From a virus, in IMG/VR virus record IMGVR_UViG_3300025730_000002, positions 1 to 43,389 of that record: DNA of 43,389 nucleotides. One strand, given 5' to 3'. This document shows, one piece after another, positions 30,059-40,974 of this stretch; the stretch's first letter is position 1; each line of letters starts with the position of its first letter. The notes beneath the pieces were generated by a model that ran no database searches, was not told the DNA's origin, and saw only the letters and a program-made list of their open reading frames with translations. The position numbers were made by a program, and so were the translations under genes.

Positions 30059-30607
30059 ATGACAGAAGAACCTAAGACTAAAAAAAGAAAATACATTAAA
30101 TCAAAACCAAAGAATCTCCTTACAGCCAGAGAAAAGAGATTTGTAAAGAAAGTAGTTCAAACAGGAAATATTACTCAATCAGCTCTTTCTGCTGGATTTG
30201 CTGACAGATGCTATGGCTCTGTCTTAATGAGAAAAGAAGCTGTAAGAGAAGCAATCTTAAAATGCCTTGAAAAAGAAGGAATAACTACTGAACTTATTGC
30301 TAAAAAATTAAGAGAAGGATTAGATGCTACCCATCCTAAAAGATTTTCTGCTAAAGGAACTTTAATCCAAGATTCTGACCCAGATTATTTTAATCGGGGC
30401 ATATATTTAGATAGATGCTTAAAGCTGGCTGGTTTTGAAGGTGGTGGTAATGAGTTTGGGGATAACATGAAACCTAATCAGATTACAATTGTTATCACCC
30501 CAGAACTTACTAAAGCATTAGTTGATGCAGAGGTAATTGATGTTGAAGAAGTAAAACAATTACCTGTTCTGCAAAAAGAAGAAATGGAAGGAGAAAAACA
30601 TGCCTGA
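30059..30607 (+). CDS. terS: Terminase small subunit
   Basis: Basic N-terminus, then LTAREKRFVKKVVQTGNITQSALSAGF, an HTH typical of TerS. Lies immediately upstream of terL. Unusually, no AGGAG-type RBS is present. Confidence 0.75.
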   Translation: MTEEPKTKKRKYIKSKPKNLLTAREKRFVKKVVQTGNITQSALSAGFADRCYGSVLMRKEAVREAILKCLEKEGITTELIAKKLREGLDATHPKRFSAKGTLIQDSDPDYFNRGIYLDRCLKLAGFEGGGNEFGDNMKPNQITIVITPELTKALVDAEVIDVEEVKQLPVLQKEEMEGEKHA

Positions 30608-30914
30608 AGATAGGTATGGGAGAGATATTTTTGGTAAAGCAGGGGAAGTTGTAAAAGAAGCTATAAAGAAGAAAAAAGAAGAGCATGGAAAATTGCATTA
30701 TCCTTATGATGAAGAAGAGCTTAAAGATAGAAAAAAATGGAAAGACAATAAATTAAAAGCAGAGCTAATTAAACTTAGAAAGGAAATAAACAAGGTAGAT
30801 ATTGAATCTGATTTATATGATACCTTAACCACTGAATTAGCTAAACTCCAGAAAGAAGCCAATGAGAGAGGCTTGTTTCTATCAGCAGAAGAAAAGAAAA
30901 AGAGACAAGGATAG
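30600..30914 (+). CDS. Hypothetical K/E-rich helical protein (104 aa)
   Basis: GGAAGGAG RBS. Lies between terS and terL. Confidence 0.55.
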   Translation: MPEDRYGRDIFGKAGEVVKEAIKKKKEEHGKLHYPYDEEELKDRKKWKDNKLKAELIKLRKEINKVDIESDLYDTLTTELAKLQKEANERGLFLSAEEKKKRQG

Positions 30915-30916
30915 TA

Positions 30917-32530
30917 ATGGCTGTTAGTGATTTAAAAAATATAGATTGGTGGCGGGAGAAATGCTTAACTGATTTATATTTTTTATGTAGAGTTGTCTTA
31001 CAGACAGTTGAATCTCCAACTCCTGGTTATAAAGATTTATATAAACCAACACACAAACACATAACTGATTTTGTTCAAAAAAACACTAAACCAGAACAAA
31101 GGCTTTTAATTCTATGCCCAAGAGCTTGGATTAAAAGCTATATCATTACAGTAGGATATACTATACAAAGAATATTGAATAATTTAGTTAATAAAACTGG
31201 AGACACTATTCTGATTTCCAATGCTACTTTAACCAATGCTCAAATGTTTTTGAATAAAATAAAATATAATTTTGAATTCAATGAGCTTTTGCGTTCATTG
31301 TTTTTAGAAATACCAAGAGAACCATCAAAAGAAGCAGAGAGATGGACAATTAATGAGATACAATTAGGAAAAACATTAGTTGAAACTGGTTCTGTTGAGG
31401 GAAACCTTGTCTCAAAACATTATACTTTAATGATAAATGATGACTTGGTAAATAGAGAAAATTCAGGAACAAAAGAACAGATAACTAAAGTAATTGATTG
31501 GTGGAAGCTTGCTCGTTCATTGCTTGAATCTTGGGGAACAGAAATCGATTTAGGGACTCGTTGGTTTACTGATGATTTATATGGATATATTCTTAAAGAA
31601 TTTTTTGATTTAGATGAGGCTGCTTTTAAAGAACATAGAAAATATCCATTTACCGAACTCCATAAAGACGAATACCATTATCTACGATATGGTTGCTGGC
31701 AAGACCCAGTAAATGAGAAGGGGTCAACATTTCCTATATTATTTCCAGAAGAAAAATTAAAAAAGATTCAAAAAGAGCAGGCTGAATTTTTTGATGGTCA
31801 GATGCTTAATGACCCATTTTCTATGCAGCAAAATTTTATCAAACAGAGTTGGATACAGCATTGGAGAAGAGGGGAATTACCAGAATCTCGTTTAACATAT
31901 CTACTCCTTGACCCTGCTGGTAAAGAAACAGCTGGGAGCGATAATTCTGGGTTGGTTGTAGTTGATGCTGGATGTGATAAAAAACTTTATGTTATATTTG
32001 CTCAAAGAAAAAAAATATCTGATATGAAAGTTGTTGAATGGTTAATTGAAATAGCATCTTATTATCAACCAATTATGATAGGTATTGAAGAAGGAAAGTT
32101 TGAAATTTATAGAGATTTGGTAAATTTTTTAGCTCCACAAATGATTAGAATGAATAGAGTAGCTACTGGAAGTCATCAGTATTGTTCATCTATTGCTAAT
32201 ATTTTGTTTCCATTGAAGCATAAAAATAGACCAAAAGAATTACGAGTAAGAAATTTACAAGGCTGGGTTGAGTCTGGAAATCTTTTATTTGCTCCAACTG
32301 GAATGGATGCCTTACTTGATGAGTTACTGCGTTTTGGAAAAACTATTCATGATGACCTTGCTGATGCTTTAGCTTATATTCTTGATGTTGCTGTTTTTCC
32401 AGAAAAGATACCACAAGCAAAGGTATTAGATGATAGGCACAAAACTTCAGAAGAATTGGAAAAAGAATTTTGGGAGCAAACATTGCAAGGAACTTATGAC
32501 CAATCTAATTTATTAGGAGAAATAGATTAA
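30917..32530 (+). CDS. terL: Terminase large subunit
   Basis: ATPase region LLILCPRAWIKS and LMINDDLV. RNase H-like nuclease acidic residues LLLDPAG, VVVDAG and HDDLADALAY. Size and position fit terL. Confidence 0.85.
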   Translation: MAVSDLKNIDWWREKCLTDLYFLCRVVLQTVESPTPGYKDLYKPTHKHITDFVQKNTKPEQRLLILCPRAWIKSYIITVGYTIQRILNNLVNKTGDTILISNATLTNAQMFLNKIKYNFEFNELLRSLFLEIPREPSKEAERWTINEIQLGKTLVETGSVEGNLVSKHYTLMINDDLVNRENSGTKEQITKVIDWWKLARSLLESWGTEIDLGTRWFTDDLYGYILKEFFDLDEAAFKEHRKYPFTELHKDEYHYLRYGCWQDPVNEKGSTFPILFPEEKLKKIQKEQAEFFDGQMLNDPFSMQQNFIKQSWIQHWRRGELPESRLTYLLLDPAGKETAGSDNSGLVVVDAGCDKKLYVIFAQRKKISDMKVVEWLIEIASYYQPIMIGIEEGKFEIYRDLVNFLAPQMIRMNRVATGSHQYCSSIANILFPLKHKNRPKELRVRNLQGWVESGNLLFAPTGMDALLDELLRFGKTIHDDLADALAYILDVAVFPEKIPQAKVLDDRHKTSEELEKEFWEQTLQGTYDQSNLLGEID

Positions 32531-32531
32531 A

Positions 32532-32768
32532 ATGATATATCTAATTTTCTTTCTTTTAATTATTATAGTTGTCTTACAAATAATAAACTATAAAGAGAAA
32601 AAACTTCTAATAGAAAAAATTATGTTATTTACTAATAAATCAGACATAAGTGAAATAAAGCCTGAACTTCATTCTACAAAAATAGATAGTTCTATGGAAA
32701 AAATGCTAAAACAATTTGAGGAAGATTGGACACCAGAACTATTGACAGAAGAAAAGATAGAAGGATAA
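32532..32768 (+). CDS. Small N-terminally anchored membrane protein (78 aa)
   Basis: AGGAG RBS. N-terminal segment IYLIFFLLIIIVVLQII. Confidence 0.5.
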   Translation: MIYLIFFLLIIIVVLQIINYKEKKLLIEKIMLFTNKSDISEIKPELHSTKIDSSMEKMLKQFEEDWTPELLTEEKIEG

Positions 32769-32772
32769 TAAA

Positions 32773-34836
32773 ATGGCTGAAAATTTTGTTGAAATAGAAA
32801 ATAAAATTGTTTCTGGAAAAGAATTATCAGATGATGATAAAGCTTTTGTAATCAATAGAGTTGAAGAATATTGGACAAATCATCCAGATGTAGTTTACAA
32901 TTTTCCTAAATGGAAAAAGATTTTAACTTGGATAGCTGGATATCAATATATTGATTATAACACTGTTAAAAAAGAACTTCAACCTGTTCCTTATATCAAA
33001 AGAAAAATAACTGTGAATAGATTAAAACCTATTTTGCGTCAAATGTTGGCTAAAATAAAAACCACTGTTCCAGAGCTTGGTGTTATTCCTAACACAAGAG
33101 AGTATGAAGATATAAATGCTGCTAAACTTGGAGACCAATTACTGGAAGCATTAAGTAATACAATTAGATTTCATAGAATAAGAAAAGATTTCTTTTCATG
33201 GTTATTAACTTTAGGAAGAGCTTGTATAAGAGTATTTTGGGATGAGACTAAAGAAGGAATTGTTTCTTATGAAAGAGTTGTTGATGAAGAAACTGATGAA
33301 GAACGAATTAATATTATAAAAGCTATTGGTGATGTTGGAATGGAAGTTGTTTCTCCATTCAATTATAGACATGACCCACTATTTTCTTCTCCTGAAAAAT
33401 GGAGATGGTTTCTTTTTGGAGAAATTGTAGATAGAAACAATTTAGCAGAAGCTTATGGTATTGATGCAGAGACATTAGCTATTGAAGAAGATACTTCACT
33501 TGATATTTTATATTCTCAACCATTCGATATAACCAGAGATGAAACAGATACACTTGGTGTCGGCGGAATTGGTTCTACACAAAAAGAAGATAGCTGTTTT
33601 AGATATGAGTTATGGACAAGAAAAATTTTTATAATAGTTGGTGGTAAGCAAGTATTAGAGTATGGAATAAATGAAGATGGTTCTATTCCATTTTTTGCTT
33701 ATGAAGATAAATTAATTCCTTTTGAACTTCATGAAAAAGGGATTGCATTAAATACAAGTATCTTTAAAGATTTATTACCAATTCAAAAAGAATATAATAG
33801 GTTTGTTAGCAATTTAAGTTCTACAATTGAACGGGCATCTAAAATAAAAGTAATGACACCTGTCGGTTCTTTGCTTAATAAAAAGCAAATATTCGATGAT
33901 GGTTCTGTTGTAGCAATTGATTATAATCCTCAATATGGTAATCCTACTCAGCTAAAACTCGATGCTTCTTCTCCAATTGCTATGGCATTTAAACAAGAAT
34001 TGGAAAGGGAAATGGAAAATGTTTCTGGAGTGCATGAGGTTAGCTTTGGTAGATTACCAGAAAGAGCTTCTCATGCTTCTGGAGTTCTTGTTAATTTACT
34101 TCTTGAACAAGATGATAGTTTGCTTGACCCATTAATTAAAGAAGTAGATGAAAGTGTGTTTTCTCCTGCCTGGAGTTATTTACTTCGATTAGTTCAAGAA
34201 AATTATAATGAACCTCGTATTTTAAAAATGGTTGGAAGAGATAAAGAGAATTCTGTTATTCAGTTTAGAAATGCTGATTTGAGAGATAATACAGATGTCT
34301 TTGTTTCTACAAATGTTAGTTTACCAAAAAGTAGGGCATTAAGAACAGAATGGATTATAAGAATAGCTGAAATGGGATTAATACAAGACCCAAAAACAAT
34401 TCTTGAATTGTTAGAGTTTGGTGAAGCAAAAAGAATTTATGAAGATGAACTTATTCATGAAAAGAAAGCTATTGAAGAAAATCAAAAAATTGAAGCTGGG
34501 CTTGTTTTGACTGAACAAGATGCTATAAAAATGCTTTACATACTTGATGATGATGTAACCCATTTAAAAATACATTTGAGAGATAGATTATCAAATAAAT
34601 TTGAAAAATATAATTCTTTGCAGAAAGGTGTTCTTGAATTACATATTCAAGCTCATCTGCAAAAATTACAGGCTGCACAACAGCAGCAGGCCATGCCCTC
34701 AATGCCAAATAAACAGCAAGGGCAGTCTGCTCCTACGCAACAGCCAACTTCTGAAGAAATAACAGGTCAGCCCCCAGCTGCTGGGCAAGCTGTTCCTGGT
34801 ATTGAAGGAAGCACTGAATATGGTGAGGAGTATTAA
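32773..34836 (+). CDS. Portal protein
   Basis: A 687-aa ORF directly after terL and before the scaffold and capsid genes. Q-rich C-terminal tail. Called by position and size. Confidence 0.8.
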   Translation: MAENFVEIENKIVSGKELSDDDKAFVINRVEEYWTNHPDVVYNFPKWKKILTWIAGYQYIDYNTVKKELQPVPYIKRKITVNRLKPILRQMLAKIKTTVPELGVIPNTREYEDINAAKLGDQLLEALSNTIRFHRIRKDFFSWLLTLGRACIRVFWDETKEGIVSYERVVDEETDEERINIIKAIGDVGMEVVSPFNYRHDPLFSSPEKWRWFLFGEIVDRNNLAEAYGIDAETLAIEEDTSLDILYSQPFDITRDETDTLGVGGIGSTQKEDSCFRYELWTRKIFIIVGGKQVLEYGINEDGSIPFFAYEDKLIPFELHEKGIALNTSIFKDLLPIQKEYNRFVSNLSSTIERASKIKVMTPVGSLLNKKQIFDDGSVVAIDYNPQYGNPTQLKLDASSPIAMAFKQELEREMENVSGVHEVSFGRLPERASHASGVLVNLLLEQDDSLLDPLIKEVDESVFSPAWSYLLRLVQENYNEPRILKMVGRDKENSVIQFRNADLRDNTDVFVSTNVSLPKSRALRTEWIIRIAEMGLIQDPKTILELLEFGEAKRIYEDELIHEKKAIEENQKIEAGLVLTEQDAIKMLYILDDDVTHLKIHLRDRLSNKFEKYNSLQKGVLELHIQAHLQKLQAAQQQQAMPSMPNKQQGQSAPTQQPTSEEITGQPPAAGQAVPGIEGSTEYGEEY

Positions 34837-34838
34837 TT

Positions 34839-35897
34839 ATGAGTAAAGAAGACATTGAAGAAAAGGATTTTGATTCTTTAACTGAAGATGATTTTCCTGA
34901 TATCGATTTTTCTGGACTTGGTGAAGAATTAGTAAAAGAAGAAGAAGAAAATCCATTAGAAGATATTGATGAATCTGAACTTAATAATATTGTAGATAAT
35001 ATTGAAAAAGAAGACAAAAAAGAAATAGTTGAAAAAAAAGAAGAAGAAAATGGAAAAGAAGAAAAAGAAACAGAAAAGAAGAAAGAAATAAAAGAAGAAC
35101 TTAAAGGAATTCTTAATGCTATCAATAAAGATGAAACCCTTAAATCAAAAGGATTAGAAGTAAAAATTGAAGATTTTTCTGAAAATGAATTAAAATCTTT
35201 ACTCCAAAAAGGATTAAGATTTTATCAGGCAATGGACGAACTTGCCAAAGAAAGGGAAGCTGTTTCTTCTCGTATGCAAGCTTTAGAGCAAGCCGTAGAG
35301 TATTTACAGAGGAATCAACAGGAAGGTGGCAAACAGAAAGAGAAAACTGCAGATATTTCTGCACAATTTTCTGATGATATGTTTGAAGTTTCTGAATTTG
35401 ATGACCCTCAAGTAGCTGCTCTAAAAACTACTCTGAAGCAGTTGAGTGAAAAGGTAAATTCATTAACTTCTGAATACCAATCCACTCAAACACAGAAGGA
35501 ACAGGAGGCTTTGCTTAAGGAAATTGAGAGTTTGAAAGAAGACTATCCATTAGCAAATGTTGAAGAAGTATTAGCTGTTCATTTTTTATCTGGGGGAAAA
35601 ATTCCAGTTCAAAAAGTTATGGAAGCATCTCAAAAGTATTATGGGTCTCCAGACTTTGTTAAGAAAATCTTTCAGGCTCACCCAGAAATTAGAAAAAATA
35701 TGGAAGAAGAAATTGTAAAAAATTACCTGGCAAAGCAATCTGGAAAAAAATCCACTCCTAAAGTTAAAGTTTCTGGCACGGCGTCCAAGCCTATTGTGTC
35801 TAAACCTTCATCGGAAGATATAACTTTTGAAAATGTCTCCGAAAAGGCTCTGGACTATTTAAAAGAATTACAAAGATTAAATAAAGAAGAGGAATAA
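34839..35897 (+). CDS. Scaffolding protein
   Basis: Highly acidic, E/K-rich helical protein located between the portal and major capsid genes. Confidence 0.7.
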   Translation: MSKEDIEEKDFDSLTEDDFPDIDFSGLGEELVKEEEENPLEDIDESELNNIVDNIEKEDKKEIVEKKEEENGKEEKETEKKKEIKEELKGILNAINKDETLKSKGLEVKIEDFSENELKSLLQKGLRFYQAMDELAKEREAVSSRMQALEQAVEYLQRNQQEGGKQKEKTADISAQFSDDMFEVSEFDDPQVAALKTTLKQLSEKVNSLTSEYQSTQTQKEQEALLKEIESLKEDYPLANVEEVLAVHFLSGGKIPVQKVMEASQKYYGSPDFVKKIFQAHPEIRKNMEEEIVKNYLAKQSGKKSTPKVKVSGTASKPIVSKPSSEDITFENVSEKALDYLKELQRLNKEEE

Positions 35898-35898
35898 A

Positions 35899-37140
35899 AT
35901 GCCTAATTATGGACAAGAATTTCAATATGTTAGCGATGCATTAAAAGATGTTTATGCACCGGTTATGAAAAAGCAAATCCCCAAGATTTCGCCGTTATAT
36001 AATTTATTTCAGAAGAAACCGAAACAGGCTTTTGCTGGTAAGCAGTTTATTATCCCGTTGCAGTTAACTTTCTCTGAAGCTGTTGGTGGAAAAGCGGGTG
36101 ATGTTTATACTTTACCTACTCCTCGTAGAATTTCTTATGACCAGGCTTCTATTACTGTAAAAAAGATTTATGGTAGAGTTGGTATTGATGGCTTGGCTCT
36201 CAAATCATCGCAGGGTAAAGGTGGCTGGGTTGACCTTTTAACTAATGAAATTGAAGGCAATACCGCTGCTTTTGCTATTGATTTAGATAGACAGCTTTTG
36301 TGTGGTGGAAAAGGTGTGCTTGGTTTAGTTCATACTACAATTTCTTCATCACAAGATTTTATTTTAATTAAAGACCCTGGCGGAATCACTGGTGATACTC
36401 CTATACCTAAATTTTTTAGAAAAGGAATGGTAATTACTGTTGGAACTGGTTCTACTGAATATACTATTACTGGTATTACTCCAGGTGCTGCCGGAACTGC
36501 CGCAATAAGTGTTTCTCCAAATATTGCAGCTGCTACTGCTGGTGATGCTATTTATCGTTCTGGTGTTTATAGTGCTACTGCTGACAAACTTGGTGAAGTG
36601 ATGGGAATTGATGGTATTGTTGATGCTGGAAATACTCCTGGTTCAACTTTTCAGGGGATTGATGCTTCCGCTGTTTCTGAATGGCAATCTTATGTAAAAA
36701 CCAGTGCTGGTGCTTTTACTGAATTACTCTTACAGCAGAATTTAGATGAAATTGAGCAGGTAAGTGCTGGTGAACCTGTTGATATTGCTATTACTGGTTA
36801 TGCTGTTAGAAATAAACTAATTACCCTTATGCAAACTCTACGGCAAATTGATACCCTTGATTTGAAAGCTGGTTGGAAAGCTGTTAAATATATTGGCGGT
36901 GCTTTGGAATTACCCTTCCTGGTTCATCCTAAATGCCCTACTGGATACATCTATCTATTATCTACTCCACACCTTAAAATCTACGAATTGCTGCCTTTGA
37001 CTTGGGATAATAGTGGTGGTGGAATTATTAAACCTGTTGCTGGAAGCGATGCCTATGAAGCTTGGTTCAAGACCTACATCAATTTTGGAACTGATTGCCG
37101 TAATGCTCATGGTAAAATGACTGGTGTTACTACTGCATAA
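35899..37140 (+). CDS. Major capsid protein
   Basis: A 413-aa G/A/T-rich ORF after the scaffold gene, followed by a strong stem-loop. The position is typical of HK97-fold capsid genes. Confidence 0.8.
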   Translation: MPNYGQEFQYVSDALKDVYAPVMKKQIPKISPLYNLFQKKPKQAFAGKQFIIPLQLTFSEAVGGKAGDVYTLPTPRRISYDQASITVKKIYGRVGIDGLALKSSQGKGGWVDLLTNEIEGNTAAFAIDLDRQLLCGGKGVLGLVHTTISSSQDFILIKDPGGITGDTPIPKFFRKGMVITVGTGSTEYTITGITPGAAGTAAISVSPNIAAATAGDAIYRSGVYSATADKLGEVMGIDGIVDAGNTPGSTFQGIDASAVSEWQSYVKTSAGAFTELLLQQNLDEIEQVSAGEPVDIAITGYAVRNKLITLMQTLRQIDTLDLKAGWKAVKYIGGALELPFLVHPKCPTGYIYLLSTPHLKIYELLPLTWDNSGGGIIKPVAGSDAYEAWFKTYINFGTDCRNAHGKMTGVTTA

Positions 37141-37170
37141 AAGTTAATAATAAACATTGTTTTTTAATTA

Positions 37171-37222
37171 AGCGAGATGCCTCTGCTTTAGAAATAAGGC
37201 AGAGGCTGCTCTCGCTATTTAT
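37171..37222 (+). terminator. Strong stem-loop after the major capsid gene (terminator/attenuator)
   Basis: AGCGAGAtGCCTCTGC-12 nt-GCAGAGGCtgcTCTCGCT, about 15 bp with a small bulge, followed by ATTTAT. The T-tract is weak, so partial termination or RNA stabilisation is likely. Confidence 0.6.
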
Positions 37223-37233
37223 AGGAGAAAAGT

Positions 37234-37644
37234 ATGATAGCTCCTGGTTGGTTTGTTAGAGAACTTAAACTTATTGATAAAGATTATTTTTGTGTATGGG
37301 ACGGAAGATTGCATAGATGGATGATACGCTGGTGGAATACTCCACATATTGAAAAGAGAGATATAAAAAATTCTGAAGATTTTAGAAAGAAAAGTATTTT
37401 AGTAATGAAGGTAGCTAAAGAAGATGGTAATGGAAAAGATATTGGATATAGAGACCTTGACCAACGGGCTTTAACTACACTTCGTAGAAGGAAATGGTTA
37501 AGTAATTTATCCGCTGAAAAATTGATAAGAATGTTAGATAATGCTAATGAAGAAAATCAGAATAAGACAGATGAAGAAATAAGAGATATGATAAGAGATG
37601 CTGCCACTATTAGCTATAATGCTATGAAAAGGATTTGGTGGTAA
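37234..37644 (+). CDS. Hypothetical head-associated protein (136 aa)
   Basis: AGGAG RBS. Lies between the capsid and adaptor-like genes. Confidence 0.55.
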   Translation: MIAPGWFVRELKLIDKDYFCVWDGRLHRWMIRWWNTPHIEKRDIKNSEDFRKKSILVMKVAKEDGNGKDIGYRDLDQRALTTLRRRKWLSNLSAEKLIRMLDNANEENQNKTDEEIRDMIRDAATISYNAMKRIWW

Positions 37645-37646
37645 AA

Positions 37647-38234
37647 ATGACAAGAGAAGATTTTAGGGCTTATGTTAGAAGTTTAATTGCAGAACCTTAT
37701 GCATCTTATTGGACAGACCCTGAAATAGATGCTTATACTGATGTAGCATTAATTTTATTGCTTAATGAATTCTGGTATCTTTTAAAAAAGACTTATAAAA
37801 AAACCGCTTATTTATCTATTACTTCTGGAAATGATACAATTGATTTACCTGCTGATTGTTTAAAAGTTCTTTCTATTAAGATAAAAGATAATCCAATGCA
37901 GGGGTTTGATTATATTCCTGAAGATGCTGAAGATTATTATGAAAAAAATGAATTGCCTGGCTGGACATTTGAAGAAGGAAAAATAAAAATTAATCCTGTT
38001 CCTATGGAAAGTAAAGCAGATTATCTTAAAATAAAATATTTACCTAAAATTACTTTTGAAAATTTACCTGATTGTCTCTTTCCATTATTAGCTGTAAGAA
38101 CAATAATTCAAGCAAAGATAAAAGATGAGAATGTTCCTGTTTATATTATGAGGCTTGAAGAACAATACAAACAAGCTGCTATGATTTTTTTAAATAATGT
38201 TCAAACGCAAAATGAGGAGATGCTTACAGAATAA
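37647..38234 (+). CDS. Head-tail adaptor/connector candidate (195 aa)
   Basis: ATG 37647 lies 2 nt after the upstream stop; the track start 37635 is TTG. Called by its position between the capsid and tail genes only. Confidence 0.5.
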   Translation: MTREDFRAYVRSLIAEPYASYWTDPEIDAYTDVALILLLNEFWYLLKKTYKKTAYLSITSGNDTIDLPADCLKVLSIKIKDNPMQGFDYIPEDAEDYYEKNELPGWTFEEGKIKINPVPMESKADYLKIKYLPKITFENLPDCLFPLLAVRTIIQAKIKDENVPVYIMRLEEQYKQAAMIFLNNVQTQNEEMLTE

Positions 38235-40957
38235 TGCCTATGAATATTGGTGGTTTTTTACCCTTTACCGATTTCAGTCTTGGACTGGATTTAACCAGTT
38301 CTCCGACTGGATTAGATAATCGTTCTTTAGCTTCGGCTCTAAATGTAGAATTAACACCACAGAAAGGATTAACAAAAAGAAACGGCTTAAAGATATTAGA
38401 AGAAGGAATACAACCAGTTTGTTTTGTTGGCACAAGTGGAGGTTCAACCAGCTCTTATGATAGTTGTGTTGTAAATGGAAAAATATATGTTTGTTCAAAT
38501 GCCAGAATATCAATTTTTGACGCTGAAACTTTAGAATATCTTTCATATTTTGGTTCTTCTGGCACTGGAGATGGGCAATTTAGTTCTCAAACATCTATTT
38601 GTTCAGATGGAGAATATTTATATGTTGCTGATACATATAATCATAGAATTCAAAAATTTAATTTAGCTGGAGAATTCATCTTAAAAATAGGTTCTACACC
38701 TGGTAGCGGTGATGACCAATTTAATGTTCCACATGGTATCAGATATTATAATGGCAAATTATATATTTGCGATTATGTTAATATGCGATTAAAAGTTCAT
38801 TCTGCTTCAGATTTATCTTTTATTGAAAATCATTATCCTGGAGTTGCCCCTATTGCTTGTTGGATAGATTCAGAAAATAATTATATATTACTTGAAATGA
38901 GCGACGCTATTTATGTTTATCAACTTTCCGATTTTGGGTTTATTAAAATTAGAACAGAACTTCCAACTTTAAGAGGAATTTTCCAAGTTGACAATTATGT
39001 TTATGTTAGTGAATATAATAATCATAAAATTAGAAGATTAAATTATTCTGATTTAAGTGATGCTGGCTATTATGAACCTGGACAGGGAAGTTTGCCAGGT
39101 CAGTTAAATAACCCATTTCATTTAAGTTTCTGGCAAGAAAAAAACTTAATTCTTATATGCAATGAAGCCTCTCCTTATTATGTTGTTGGCATTACTCCAG
39201 AACTTGAGTTTGCTTCTATAAATATATTTCAAGATAAAAAAGTCATGGATTTATATAATTACTATTCTTCTTATGGTAATTATATTATTGTTAACTTGAG
39301 TAATACAAATAATAAATTATGGCTACATGATGGGGCAGATTGGGTTAATTTAGAATTTACTCTTTCTAAAAAAAGAATGTCTTTTATTACTTATAAGAAT
39401 AATTGCTATTGTTCTAATGGGACTGATGATAATATAAAAATAGTTGATAAGACTCCTTATTCAGTTGGAATTGAGCCACCCACAAATGCTCCTACATTAG
39501 CTGAAGATGCGGCTGGAGCTATTACTGGAAAATATGCTTATATCTATATTTATAAATCATCTTCATTTAATTTATATAGTAATCCTTCACCTATTTCCGA
39601 TACAATAGAAGTATCTGATAAAAAAATAAAAGTAAGTTATGCTGCTTCTACTGACCCACAAGTAGATAAAATAGAGATTTATAGAACTTTTGCTTTAGCT
39701 ACTGGAGAAGAACCAGTAGATTTCTTTTTTGTAACAGAAGTAAATAATGAGACCAATTATTATGTTGACAATGCTTTAGATAGTGATTTAGGTATTATGG
39801 CAGATTGGGATAACTTTGTTCCGCCAGCAGCTAAATATTTAACTATTTATAAAGACAGAGTTTTTTATGCTAATTGTCCTGCCGAAACTGATGGAGAATC
39901 TTTAGTTGTTTATTCAAAGATTGGGAATGCTGAAGCTATACCAGCAGAAAATTATGAATACTTTGATAGAGGTGATGGTGAAGAGATAACAGGAATTGCT
40001 GCCTTGCAAGATGTGTTAGTAGTTTTTAAAGAAAGTAAATTCTTTACTATTTATGGTGATTTCGAGTTAAAAAGATTAACCAGCTCAAAGTATGATGTTG
40101 GCAATATTGCTGCTGGGCAAATTATTGCATTAGAAGATAAAGTAATTTTCTTATCACAGAATGGTTGGTATAGTTTTAATGGAAATGAGTTAACACCAAT
40201 TTCAAAAACTATTGCTCAAAAATTAATTGAAATGGGGTATGTGAAAGATGGAAATAAAGAATACTGGTCTGCTGCTTATCTACCGAATAAAAACCAAATA
40301 AGGTTTTTAGCTACCCCACCTGGTTTAACCCCAAAGTTTATGGTTGGAACTTTACTCATTCCTTTTTTAAATCTAACAGAACCAATCTCTATTTTTAATT
40401 TTCCTGCTTATGTTGGCTGGACTGAATTTTCTTATCCTAATCATAACTTATATTGTTTAGCTCAATATCATAAAGACGATGGAACTATTGGAATTATGAG
40501 TGGTAGTGATGATGGAAATATTTATTTATTGGATAGTGAATCTACTGATGATGGGTATGCTATACCTATTGAAATTCAAAGTGGTTGGTTTTCTTTTATG
40601 ACTGACAGGAAAGTTAAAACAACTATTGCTAACATAATTTATTTACTTCGCTATGCAGAGCTGAACTATTTTACTGATGGAGAAGATGATTTACAGATAG
40701 CTTTTGAAATAAATTATTCTACTGAAAAGTATATGTATCCTTTAACAGGTGTTATTCCTGTTTATTGTGGAGATGATATTTATTGCGGAGAAGTTTATTG
40801 TGGGGCAGCCGCTAATATATTATTGAGAAAAGCATTAAGTGCTGGATTGACAGGTGGGTTATTTAGATTTACTATTTCTGGAGATAGTGTATCTAATTTT
40901 ATTTTGAATGGATTAACTTTATTTTATAGAAGAAAAGGTGTTAGATTATATCAATAA
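38234..40957 (+). CDS. Large tail protein with NHL-type beta-propeller repeats (907 aa)
   Basis: TAATG overlap. NHL-like blades LYVADTYNHRIQKFN, LYICDYVNMRLKVH and VYVSEYNNHKIRRLN at about 38450-39200. Confidence 0.7.
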   Translation: MPMNIGGFLPFTDFSLGLDLTSSPTGLDNRSLASALNVELTPQKGLTKRNGLKILEEGIQPVCFVGTSGGSTSSYDSCVVNGKIYVCSNARISIFDAETLEYLSYFGSSGTGDGQFSSQTSICSDGEYLYVADTYNHRIQKFNLAGEFILKIGSTPGSGDDQFNVPHGIRYYNGKLYICDYVNMRLKVHSASDLSFIENHYPGVAPIACWIDSENNYILLEMSDAIYVYQLSDFGFIKIRTELPTLRGIFQVDNYVYVSEYNNHKIRRLNYSDLSDAGYYEPGQGSLPGQLNNPFHLSFWQEKNLILICNEASPYYVVGITPELEFASINIFQDKKVMDLYNYYSSYGNYIIVNLSNTNNKLWLHDGADWVNLEFTLSKKRMSFITYKNNCYCSNGTDDNIKIVDKTPYSVGIEPPTNAPTLAEDAAGAITGKYAYIYIYKSSSFNLYSNPSPISDTIEVSDKKIKVSYAASTDPQVDKIEIYRTFALATGEEPVDFFFVTEVNNETNYYVDNALDSDLGIMADWDNFVPPAAKYLTIYKDRVFYANCPAETDGESLVVYSKIGNAEAIPAENYEYFDRGDGEEITGIAALQDVLVVFKESKFFTIYGDFELKRLTSSKYDVGNIAAGQIIALEDKVIFLSQNGWYSFNGNELTPISKTIAQKLIEMGYVKDGNKEYWSAAYLPNKNQIRFLATPPGLTPKFMVGTLLIPFLNLTEPISIFNFPAYVGWTEFSYPNHNLYCLAQYHKDDGTIGIMSGSDDGNIYLLDSESTDDGYAIPIEIQSGWFSFMTDRKVKTTIANIIYLLRYAELNYFTDGEDDLQIAFEINYSTEKYMYPLTGVIPVYCGDDIYCGEVYCGAAANILLRKALSAGLTGGLFRFTISGDSVSNFILNGLTLFYRRKGVRLYQ

Positions 40958-40974
40958 CATACAAGGAGAAATAA

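Noticed and set aside
31115-31138. TerL P-loop region reads CPRAWIKS without the usual glycine
   Set aside because: Deviant PRxxxKS/T segments are common in this type of large terminase as far as I recall. Without an alignment I cannot say that it is unusual.
34733-35125. 130-aa S/F-rich ORF antisense to the portal end and scaffold start
   Set aside because: It is a low-complexity mirror image of the E/K-rich scaffold gene. It has no RBS and is embedded in a tightly coupled operon on the other strand.
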